DNA of 64,000 nucleotides from a virus: IMG/VR virus record IMGVR_UViG_3300020162_001876, positions 1 to 64,000 of that record; one strand, 5' to 3'. Shown piece by piece: positions 56,324 to 64,000 of this stretch (position 1 is its first letter; each line of letters starts with the position of its first letter). The notes under the pieces were generated by a model. It saw only the letters and a program-made list of their open reading frames with translations, ran no database searches and was not told where the DNA came from. The position numbers and the translations under genes were made by a program.

Positions 56324-58006
56324 ATGTCAAATTTAGTAAATTCACTATTAGAGACTGCTAACCCATATACATCTATTCAAAAAGATGCAGCTAGATTAGC
56401 TGGAAAATGGGGTAGATCAGGTCTTTTAGAAGGTATTTCTAATGAAACTGATAAGTCTAACATGGCTATCATCTTAGAAAACCAAGCAAAACAATTAGTA
56501 GTAGAGTCTTCAAACACAGGTACTGGAGCATCTTTTACTGCGGGAACAGGTGAGCAATATGCAGCTGTAGCATTACCATTAGTACGTAAAGTATTTGGTC
56601 AATTAGCTGCTAAAGAATTTGTTTCTGTTCAACCAATGAGCTTACCAGCTGGTTTAGTATTCTTCTTAGATTTCCAATATGGAACTGATGTAGCTCCATT
56701 CTCAACAGCAGCAGGTACTAACTCAATGTACGGTAATAACTCAGCTAACTTCGGTAACGAAAGAGCAGGTGGTTTATATGGTGCAGGTAGATTCGGATAT
56801 TCATCTAACCAATTCTCAGGATCTCATGCAAGTGGTACAATTGGGCAAGCTGCTTCAACAAAAGCAACTCTTACATGTACAACAGCTTCATGGAGTGATA
56901 TTTCTTTTGATGCTGATTTATCTGGTTCTGTAGCTGCAGGTACTATTAAAGCTTTAACATTACCAACTTCAAGTATTACAAGTTGTGATGTAAACGCTAT
57001 TCGTGCTTTTGCAGTAAGTGGTTCAGGTGCTTTCACACCAGCTAAACAATTACCTCAATTTACACAATTAAATTTAGTTCCTGGTAATATTACTTATTTC
57101 TTTACTGCTTCTCAAGCTGAGGTTACAACAGCTGTAGCTGCTTTAACTACTATATTCTATAGTAAACAAACTGCTGATAACGCAAGAGGTGACTTCGAAG
57201 ATGCTTCAGGTGCTGGATATCCAAACGCTGAATCATCTACTGAGATTAAAATTCCTGAGATTAACGTTCAAATGAGATCAGAAGCTATTGTTGCTAAAAC
57301 AAGAAAATTAAAAGCTCAATGGACTCCAGAATTCTCTCAAGATTTAAACGCTTTCCATTCATTAGATGCTGAAGCTGAATTAACTTCTATCTTATCAGAG
57401 TACATCTCATTAGAGATTGATCTTGAAATCTTAGATATGTTAATCCAAAACGTTCCAACTAACCAAGTTGAAGTATGGTCGGCTAAAATTGGTAACCAAT
57501 TAGTGAATGGTACTATGCAATCAAACACATCAGGTGCTTACTACACTCAAATGTCTTGGTTCCAAACTTTAGGAATTAAATTACAAAAGATTTCTAACAT
57601 TATTCACCAAAGAACTTTAAGAGGTGGTGCTAACTTCATGGTAGTATCTCCAACTGTAGCTACAATCTTAGAATCAATCCCAGGATTCGCTGCTGATACA
57701 GATGGTGATGTAACTAAAGCTTCATACGCGTTTGGTGTTCAGAAAATCGGTGCTTTAAACTCTAGATATAAAGTTTACAAAAACCCTTACATGTTAGAAA
57801 ACACTATCTTGTTAGGATTTAGAGGTAACCAATTCTTAGAATCAGGTGCTGTTTATGCTCCATATGTTCCACTTATCATGACTCCATTAGTGTATGATCC
57901 AAATACTTTCACTCCTAGAAAAGGTATCATGACTCGTTACGCTAAGAAAATGGTAAGACCAGAATTCTATGGTAAAGTATTAGTAGCTGATACTAACATT
58001 ATCTAA
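56324..58006 (+). CDS. gp23: Major capsid protein (T4 gp23-like)
   Basis: ILENQ, VQPMSLPAGLVFFL, KTRKLKAQWTPEFSQDL, YAPYVPL, TRY. Confidence 0.97.
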   Translation: MSNLVNSLLETANPYTSIQKDAARLAGKWGRSGLLEGISNETDKSNMAIILENQAKQLVVESSNTGTGASFTAGTGEQYAAVALPLVRKVFGQLAAKEFVSVQPMSLPAGLVFFLDFQYGTDVAPFSTAAGTNSMYGNNSANFGNERAGGLYGAGRFGYSSNQFSGSHASGTIGQAASTKATLTCTTASWSDISFDADLSGSVAAGTIKALTLPTSSITSCDVNAIRAFAVSGSGAFTPAKQLPQFTQLNLVPGNITYFFTASQAEVTTAVAALTTIFYSKQTADNARGDFEDASGAGYPNAESSTEIKIPEINVQMRSEAIVAKTRKLKAQWTPEFSQDLNAFHSLDAEAELTSILSEYISLEIDLEILDMLIQNVPTNQVEVWSAKIGNQLVNGTMQSNTSGAYYTQMSWFQTLGIKLQKISNIIHQRTLRGGANFMVVSPTVATILESIPGFAADTDGDVTKASYAFGVQKIGALNSRYKVYKNPYMLENTILLGFRGNQFLESGAVYAPYVPLIMTPLVYDPNTFTPRKGIMTRYAKKMVRPEFYGKVLVADTNII

Positions 58007-58030
58007 GAATAACGATTCTTAATATTAAAG

Positions 58031-58059
58031 AGACCTAGCGAAAGCTAGGTCTTTTTTTT
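58031..58059 (+). terminator. Intrinsic terminator after the major capsid gene
   Basis: AGACCTAGC-GAAA-GCTAGGTCT followed by a T tract. Confidence 0.92.
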
Positions 58060-58100
58060 ATTACTTATTAATATTTATAATAAATTAAAACAATAAAAAA

Positions 58101-58364
58101 ATGGCAGATATTTTTGAAGGACACTTACCAAGACTAGAATCCCCATTAAGTAGATTAGAAGTAGTATCTTCTAGTTATACAAGCAGTGGGTATATTTTTG
58201 AACAAACTCCAAGAGCAATTAATTGTAGCTCAGATGGTACCTTATTAGTAACTATGGGTAGCTCTGTAACAGCATCTCTTTATGTAAATGCAGGACTAAA
58301 CCCATACCGAATAGAAAAAATTCATTCAGGATCTTCAGCAGGAACTATAGTAGGATTATATTAA
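58101..58364 (+). CDS. Probable head-spike base / capsid decoration protein
   Basis: PRAINCSSDGTLLV...AGLNPYRIEKI...TIVGLY resembles RcGTA-type spike base proteins. Confidence 0.6.
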   Translation: MADIFEGHLPRLESPLSRLEVVSSSYTSSGYIFEQTPRAINCSSDGTLLVTMGSSVTASLYVNAGLNPYRIEKIHSGSSAGTIVGLY

Positions 58365-58370
58365 GATATT

Positions 58371-58529
58371 ATGATAGGATCAAATATTTACATAACAAAT
58401 AGGTTTACAGTAGGTGATAAAATTACATCACGTATTAGTGCTTTCAAATCAAGAGTATTAGCAAATGGAGGAACTTTTGAAAGTGAGACCTGCTTAAAAA
58501 ACACACTAACAACATTAAACAACCTATAA
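58371..58529 (+). CDS. 52 aa virion peptide (not in ORF track)
   Basis: MIGSNIYITNRFTVGDKITSRISAFKSRVLANGGTFESETCLKNTLTTLNNL; TAATG-coupled to the next gene. Confidence 0.8.
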   Translation: MIGSNIYITNRFTVGDKITSRISAFKSRVLANGGTFESETCLKNTLTTLNNL

Positions 58530-59788
58530 TGAGTTTACTAGATTCAGCTTCGTTAATTTTAACACCAAACGCTTACTCATCTTCAAAAATATATAGTATA
58601 ATTCCATCTAACGGGAATGGTGATGCAGTATTTCAAAGAAATAGTCAAGCTATAGTAACTAATTCATCAAATTTGCTAACTTTACAACCTAGCACACTAC
58701 CTAGAATACAATATCCTAACACAGGATCAGGTTGCCCTAGTTTCTTATTTGAATATGTCAAAACCCAACAAGTAACATATAGTACTACACCGTACTCTAG
58801 TTCTACCTTCTGGAATCAAGGTTCAGGGTCAACATCACAAGTATCAACTATAAATTCACCCGAAGGTATAGCCAATGCTTCTGAAATAATAGCATCAGGT
58901 TCAGGGGAGCATTACCTAAGATCACATACATTAGGGGCAGCAACTTCAGGATCTATGTATACTGTATCAGCATACGTAAAACAAAAAGAATATGAGTTTG
59001 TTCAATTAAGAACTGCAAATGCAATAACATCCGTGAGTACTTTTGACTTTACTACTAAAACTATAACTGCTGGAAATAACGCTGTAAGTGCGAGTTTTGA
59101 GGAACTTCCCAACGGTTGGTATAGAATATGGCACCGAACAACCCCAATTACATCAGGGTCATTCCGTGTTGGTATACACTTATTAAGTGGATCTTCTACA
59201 ACTACTAATTTTACAGCGCCTGAAGGTAATACTGATGGAGTGTATTTTTACGGACCTCAACTAGAGCTAGGAAATTTAACAAGTTACATACCTACTACAA
59301 GTAGCGCAACTGCTACAAGAGTTGGCGAACCCCTAACAATATCTAATTTATATACAAATGATATAATAACCAACCAAGGAGGTACATGGTATGTAGAATT
59401 GGATAATACTCAAACTCCCATAGTAAGAGATGCAGCTTTTGGAATAAGGTTAGATACAACATCAAGTCTGGGTAACCCAGCAACTAATTTTAGAATATCA
59501 CCTCAAACTAATGGGAAAATGAGTATAATATCAGGTTCTACTGCTGTTTCAAATAATCTAGGAACTACTGATACTCTTAAAATTGCAATGAAATGGAATG
59601 GTACTAACTTAGTAAGTTTTTTTAACAATAATCAATCAGCATCAGTTGCATTTACCGCAACAAATATGGAATATTTACACATAGGTGGTTCTAATGGGCC
59701 TGGTGTTCCAATGTATCTAAAGAAATTATATATATTTCCAAAACCATTAACTGACGATGAATGTAGATCTTTAATACAATTACAATAA
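58529..59788 (+). CDS. Probable head-spike fibre / carbohydrate-binding virion protein
   Basis: YTVSAYVK, PNGWYRI, GPQLELG-TSYIPT; LamG-like C-terminus. Confidence 0.7.
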   Translation: MSLLDSASLILTPNAYSSSKIYSIIPSNGNGDAVFQRNSQAIVTNSSNLLTLQPSTLPRIQYPNTGSGCPSFLFEYVKTQQVTYSTTPYSSSTFWNQGSGSTSQVSTINSPEGIANASEIIASGSGEHYLRSHTLGAATSGSMYTVSAYVKQKEYEFVQLRTANAITSVSTFDFTTKTITAGNNAVSASFEELPNGWYRIWHRTTPITSGSFRVGIHLLSGSSTTTNFTAPEGNTDGVYFYGPQLELGNLTSYIPTTSSATATRVGEPLTISNLYTNDIITNQGGTWYVELDNTQTPIVRDAAFGIRLDTTSSLGNPATNFRISPQTNGKMSIISGSTAVSNNLGTTDTLKIAMKWNGTNLVSFFNNNQSASVAFTATNMEYLHIGGSNGPGVPMYLKKLYIFPKPLTDDECRSLIQLQ

Positions 59789-59789
59789 T

Positions 59790-60080
59790 ATGCATATTTA
59801 TAAATTAAAATACCAGGACAAAACAAAAGCTACACAAGATTTTGTTAAAAAAGGAATATACTTAGAAACATCTGAAGGGATACAGTGGAGTGATTTTATA
59901 TTAGCTATAGTTGATATAGGATTAATTGTAGATATAGATGGCACTTACGATTCTAATGATAATATAATTACACCACCTACTTTTATTCCTGGATATCATT
60001 ATGATATAATGAGTACATTGGAAATAGATTTTGGAGATAATGAAATTTTTCCAAACAATCCTAAACATGGATTTCTATAA
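59790..60080 (+). CDS. Hypothetical fibre-associated protein
   Basis: GYHYDI...PNNPKHGF; follows the fibre gene. Confidence 0.75.
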   Translation: MHIYKLKYQDKTKATQDFVKKGIYLETSEGIQWSDFILAIVDIGLIVDIDGTYDSNDNIITPPTFIPGYHYDIMSTLEIDFGDNEIFPNNPKHGFL

Positions 60081-60085
60081 AATGC

Positions 60086-60110
60086 AAAGAGGACATAAGT
60101 CCTCTTTTTT
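60086..60110 (+). terminator. Intrinsic terminator
   Basis: AAAGAGGAC-ATAA-GTCCTCTTT-TTT. Confidence 0.88.
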
Positions 60111-60159
60111 ATTCAACATATTTTGTCTATATTTATAATAAACAAATAAACGTTTCACT

Positions 60160-60846
60160 ATGGCATCCAACCGTCACACTGATGAGGTTTTCACACAAAA
60201 AAGAAAACCAAAAAATCCAATTAAGTTCCAACTCCAACTTAATGAAGAACAAAAATTAGCAAAAGCACTTATTATAGAAAATCCAGTAGTCGTTTTGAAA
60301 GGAATGGCAGGATCAGGAAAAACTTTAGTAGCAGTACAAGCTGCGCTAGATATGCTGTTTAGTAGAGAAGTAGAGAAAATTATTATAACAAGACCTACAG
60401 TAGCTAAAGAAGAATTAGGTTTTTTACCAGGGGATATTAAAGAAAAGATGGATCCGTGGTTAGCACCAATATATCACAACTTATACATGCTATACGGTAA
60501 GGATAAAGTTGATAAAGAATTAGAACAAGGTAATATTGAAATTGTACCATTTGCATTTATGAGAGGTAGAACATTTGTAAACTCTTTTGTAATAGTGGAT
60601 GAGGCGCAAAACGTTACTCAAGATCAAATGGAAACTGTTTTAGGAAGACTTGGTAAAGGATCTAAAATGGTAATATGCGGGGATTTAGCTCAAATAGATT
60701 TAAAAGTAAAAAAAGAAACTGGATTTTCTTTCTTAACAAGAGTCGAAGAACAAGTAGCAGGATTTAAAATATTTGCTTTAAAACAAAACCACAGACATGA
60801 AATTGTATCTCCAATATTAAAAGTATACCAAGACTTTAGAGATTAG
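60160..60846 (+). CDS. phoH: PhoH family ATPase
   Basis: GMAGSGKT, ITRP, LGFLPG, FMRGRTF, VDEAQN, GDLAQID. Confidence 0.95.
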   Translation: MASNRHTDEVFTQKRKPKNPIKFQLQLNEEQKLAKALIIENPVVVLKGMAGSGKTLVAVQAALDMLFSREVEKIIITRPTVAKEELGFLPGDIKEKMDPWLAPIYHNLYMLYGKDKVDKELEQGNIEIVPFAFMRGRTFVNSFVIVDEAQNVTQDQMETVLGRLGKGSKMVICGDLAQIDLKVKKETGFSFLTRVEEQVAGFKIFALKQNHRHEIVSPILKVYQDFRD

Positions 60847-60870
60847 AATATTTATATTAAATAATTTAAT

Positions 60871-62037
60871 ATGGCTAATTCACAAGTTTGGACAGGAACT
60901 GCTACTTTTATTCAAGGCGCAGCTACTCCATTTGGATTTTATGATAATGACTACCAATTTCAGATAGATGCTGTAAAAGTAGCAAAATTTTGTGCTCAAC
61001 GTTTAGGATATCCTTCAATGGATATTGAAATGGATAGTGGTTCATTCTTTGCTTGTTTTGAAGAAGCTGTAACAACATATGGCAATGAACTTTATTTATA
61101 TCAAATTAGAAATAATTTTATATCTTTAGAAGCTAATCCAAATCAAACTGTTTTAAACAACATTGTAATCCAACCTTCATTAGGAAATTTAATTAGAATA
61201 GCGTCTGATTATGGTAGTGAAGCGGGAGTAGGAGGACATACAAATTACTACTCAGGCTCATTGGATATGACAGCAGGTCAGCAAGATTATGACTTAACCG
61301 CTTGGGCTTCATCTTCAGGAGTAATATCAGGAAATGATTCAATTGAAATAAAAAATATTTTTTATGAAAATGCACCTGCTATTGTAAGATATTTTGACCC
61401 TTATGCGGGAACCGGATACGGTTCACAACAATTATTAGACGCTTTTGGATTTGGTAACCAATCCCCAGCTATTAACTTTATGTTAATGCCTCTTAACTAT
61501 GATCTTGCAACAATTCAAGCGATTGAATTAAATGATCAAATAAGAAGATCAGCATTTTCATTTAATATTGTAAATAATAAATTAAAAATATTTCCTATCC
61601 CTACTCATGATAAAAAACTATATTTTGAATATATCAAAGTATCAGAAAGAGACAGTGTTATACCAACTAGTGGCCCTGGATCTGGAGATAATTTAATTAC
61701 TGATATTTCAAATGTCCCTTATGAAAACCCAACTTATTCTAATATAAACGCTCCAGGTAGATATTGGATATTTGAATATACCCTAGCATTAGCAGCTGAA
61801 ACTCTAGCATTTATTAGAGGTAAATATACTCAAGTACCTATACCAGGCGCAGAAGTAACGTTAAATCAGGCAGATTTATTAGGAAAAGCTAAAGATCTAC
61901 AACTGGCGTTAATTGAAAAATTACGTTTAGATTTAGACGAAGCTTCACGTAAGATGCAATTAGAAAGAAAAAAAGCTGAAAATGATGCTATGCAATCTAC
62001 TTTACAGCAAATACCAATGAATATTTTTATAGGATAA
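60871..62037 (+). CDS. Neck/adaptor protein (gp13-like)
   Basis: QRLGYPSMDIE, WIFEYTLALA, RGKY...IPGAEVTLN, PMNIFIG. Confidence 0.85.
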   Translation: MANSQVWTGTATFIQGAATPFGFYDNDYQFQIDAVKVAKFCAQRLGYPSMDIEMDSGSFFACFEEAVTTYGNELYLYQIRNNFISLEANPNQTVLNNIVIQPSLGNLIRIASDYGSEAGVGGHTNYYSGSLDMTAGQQDYDLTAWASSSGVISGNDSIEIKNIFYENAPAIVRYFDPYAGTGYGSQQLLDAFGFGNQSPAINFMLMPLNYDLATIQAIELNDQIRRSAFSFNIVNNKLKIFPIPTHDKKLYFEYIKVSERDSVIPTSGPGSGDNLITDISNVPYENPTYSNINAPGRYWIFEYTLALAAETLAFIRGKYTQVPIPGAEVTLNQADLLGKAKDLQLALIEKLRLDLDEASRKMQLERKKAENDAMQSTLQQIPMNIFIG

Positions 62038-62038
62038 T

Positions 62039-62563
62039 ATGGCATATTTTGGAAGAAGTAGAGATATTAATACATTTACTAATATTAATAACGAATTATT
62101 AGGACAAGTAATTGAACAAAAAGTTGGTTACTATCAAGTTATTTTAGATGAAACTACACCTAATATTTATGGTGAAAGTACAAATAAAAAATATAATGGT
62201 CCTGTATTATTAACTTGTTTATTAGAAAGAGGTGATACAACTCCTATAACAGATGATTTTGGAATGGATTTTGAAAGAAAATTAACTGTAAGATTTTTTA
62301 AACCTCATTTAATAATAGCCAATGTAGAACCTTCGGTAGGTGATGTAATTTTATGGAATGAAGATTACTATGAAGTAAATAATGTTAATGAAAATCAATT
62401 AGTAGTTGGTAAAGATCCTGAATATGCTTATACAAGCCAAGATTTCGTCCCTGAAGCAGGTTCAAGTTTATCAATAATATTAGAATGTTTCTATATCCGC
62501 CCAGAAAAAGTTAATATCAGAGAAAATAGATACCCAGGTAATCCTGGTTCTTTAACAGTTTAA
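62039..62563 (+). CDS. Neck/head-closure protein (gp14-like)
   Basis: NIYGE, DFG, PSVGDVI..NEDYYEV; follows the gp13-like gene. Confidence 0.75.
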   Translation: MAYFGRSRDINTFTNINNELLGQVIEQKVGYYQVILDETTPNIYGESTNKKYNGPVLLTCLLERGDTTPITDDFGMDFERKLTVRFFKPHLIIANVEPSVGDVILWNEDYYEVNNVNENQLVVGKDPEYAYTSQDFVPEAGSSLSIILECFYIRPEKVNIRENRYPGNPGSLTV

Positions 62564-62572
62564 TAATTAATA

Positions 62573-63448
62573 ATGGAAATTAAACCACGTCCCATAAATA
62601 GAAGAGAATTCTTAACATCTCTTTCAGAACCCTACCAAGAACCGGAAGTGGCAATACAACCCTATACTAATCCTAATTCTAAAGAATCCTTAAATGCCCA
62701 ACCTGGACAACCTGAATTTAATAGAGCTTTAGAAACTTCATTAAAAAATGATGAAATTGCTACTATTAATATAGGATTAGAAGATCATGATAATGCTATT
62801 TTATATTATTTAAATAATGTTATAAAACCTACAGTAATTCAAAATGAAAGACAAATAGCAGTTCCAATTATATATGGTTCACCTGAAAGATGGAAGTCAA
62901 TTCAATATGATGGATTTTATCGTGATAAAAATGGAAAGACTATGGTTCCTTTAATTATGTTTAAAAGAGAATCATTTGAAAAGAATAGAACTTTAGGTAA
63001 TAAGTTAGATGGTAATGTAGTTCATAATGTTCAATATTTTGAAAAACAATATTCACAACGAAATGTATATGATAATTTTGACGTTTTAAATAATCAAAAA
63101 CCTCAAAAAGAATATATTTTAGGAATAATACCTGATTATATTACTTTAACTTATAAATTAAGCATTTTTACAGATTATATAGAGCAAATGAATCCTATAA
63201 TAGAAGCATTAGAATTCGCATCAGATTCATATTGGGGAGATCCACAAAAATATCAATTTAGAGCTATAATGAATTCTTTCCCTACTCCTGTATTATTAGA
63301 AAATAATACCGATAGAGCTAGCAAAAGTGAAATTACTTTAATTTTGCAGGGATATATTATACCTAATACTATAAATGTAGCTCAAGCAGGGCCTAATCCT
63401 AAATCATATAATGTTACAAAAACAATTTTTACTGAAAAAATAAAATAA
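62573..63448 (+). CDS. Tail terminator / sheath stabiliser (gp15-like)
   Basis: VPIIYGSPERW, PDYITLTY, QMNPIIE. Confidence 0.78.
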   Translation: MEIKPRPINRREFLTSLSEPYQEPEVAIQPYTNPNSKESLNAQPGQPEFNRALETSLKNDEIATINIGLEDHDNAILYYLNNVIKPTVIQNERQIAVPIIYGSPERWKSIQYDGFYRDKNGKTMVPLIMFKRESFEKNRTLGNKLDGNVVHNVQYFEKQYSQRNVYDNFDVLNNQKPQKEYILGIIPDYITLTYKLSIFTDYIEQMNPIIEALEFASDSYWGDPQKYQFRAIMNSFPTPVLLENNTDRASKSEITLILQGYIIPNTINVAQAGPNPKSYNVTKTIFTEKIK

Positions 63449-63449
63449 A

Positions 63450-63839
63450 ATGGCAGCAGGAACATACAATATTACATTAGAACAAGGTTCAACAGTAGAT
63501 TTTCAAATCCAATATAAGGATTCAAATAATAGTCCTATTAATCTAACAGGATATGGAGCTGCTATGCAAATTAGAAGCAATTATGCTGATAATAACCCTA
63601 CAACTTACATAACTCTATCAAGTTCTTTAGCGACAGATGGAACAGGATTAAATATGGCCTCTTCAAGTACAGGATATATAGGAGTATTCATATCTGCCTG
63701 CTCATCATCAGCATTAAATTTTTCAAATGCTAGATATGATTTAGAAATATATTCAGGTAGTGTAGGTTCATGTCCTATAACTACACGTATTTTAGAAGGT
63801 CAAGTTTATTTAAGTAAAGAAACAACAAGATTTATATAA
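63450..63839 (+). CDS. BppU-like fibre-base protein
   Basis: LEQGST, PINLTGY-AAMQIR, YDLEI, RILEGQV. Confidence 0.7.
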   Translation: MAAGTYNITLEQGSTVDFQIQYKDSNNSPINLTGYGAAMQIRSNYADNNPTTYITLSSSLATDGTGLNMASSSTGYIGVFISACSSSALNFSNARYDLEIYSGSVGSCPITTRILEGQVYLSKETTRFI

Positions 63840-64000
63840 TGTCTCAAGTAAATATAACATTAAATACTAACACAGTTGACATTAATACAACTAATAACCA
63901 AATAGTTGTAAATGATCCCTCTAATAATATAGTTAATGTAGTACAACCTGTCACTACAGTAGTAGAAGTAATTACTTCAGGACCACAAGGTCCACCAGGA
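63839..64000 (+). CDS. Partial ORF entering collagen-like repeats, probable fibre
   Basis: MSQVNITLN...VEVITSGPQGPPG; runs off the window end. Confidence 0.7.
   Translation, partial: MSQVNITLNTNTVDINTTNNQIVVNDPSNNIVNVVQPVTTVVEVITSGPQGPPG

Larger units (their letters stand above)
9301..60855 (+). promoter_or_regulatory. Putative late promoter motif ATATTTAT(A), 16 copies at gene junctions
   Basis: Copies at 9301, 12435, 15242, 22273, 29737, 31882, 37829, 44966, 46550, 49316, 51276, 52982, 55243, 58071, 60129 and 60848, each upstream of a structural or late-type gene. Confidence 0.75.

Noticed and set aside
47710-58006. Inteins or introns in terminase, portal or capsid genes
   Set aside because: Lengths are normal, with no splice-junction or LAGLIDADG motifs and no frame breaks.
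1144-61375. All minus-strand ORFs in the track (e.g. 1144-1362, 3855-4055, 31611-31916, 45639-45938, 55258-55482, 56824-57036)
   Set aside because: They are short shadows of convincing + strand genes, with antisense-like F/S/I-rich composition and no promoters or motifs.
1-64000. Stop-codon reassignment
   Set aside because: Core genes (terminase, portal, capsid, primase) are full length and densely packed under the standard code.
1-64000. tRNA or rRNA genes
   Set aside because: No cloverleaf with proper T and D loops was seen, including in the two GC-rich islands. A tRNAscan run would be needed to exclude them fully.

Overview
The window is a 64 kb, AT-rich piece of a large T4-like (myovirus) phage genome. 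Almost all credible genes are on the + strand. The host is most likely Bacteroidota, based on TTTG-N19-20-TAnnTTT-type promoters, starts without Shine-Dalgarno sites, and SprB-like repeats in a virion gene. Layout: (1) 1-5.6 kb holds small early genes, nearly each behind its own copy of a ~60 bp promoter/leader repeat, with two GC-enriched, self-complementary non-coding islands. (2) 5.6-9.3 kb holds a lipoprotein, glutaredoxin, HD hydrolase and a gp55-like late sigma factor. (3) 9.3-27.4 kb is a baseplate/tail-appendage module. (4) 27.4-47.6 kb alternates host-sigma units (primase, nucleases, DenV-family glycosylase, FAD oxidoreductase, MoxR-VWA-NTase, kinase) with late units encoding proteins that carry capsid-targeting-like leaders. 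(5) 47.7-64 kb holds terminase, portal, prohead protease, scaffold, major capsid, head spike, PhoH, neck and tail-terminator genes. The strongest leads are a set of candidate packaged cargo polyproteins (including an ADP-ribosyltransferase-like/metallopeptidase fusion), the early cassette array, a pervasive [ST]-[GAS]-S motif in outer virion proteins, palindrome-containing promoters and three candidate structured RNA/DNA elements. All calls come from motif recognition by eye; no database searches were run.
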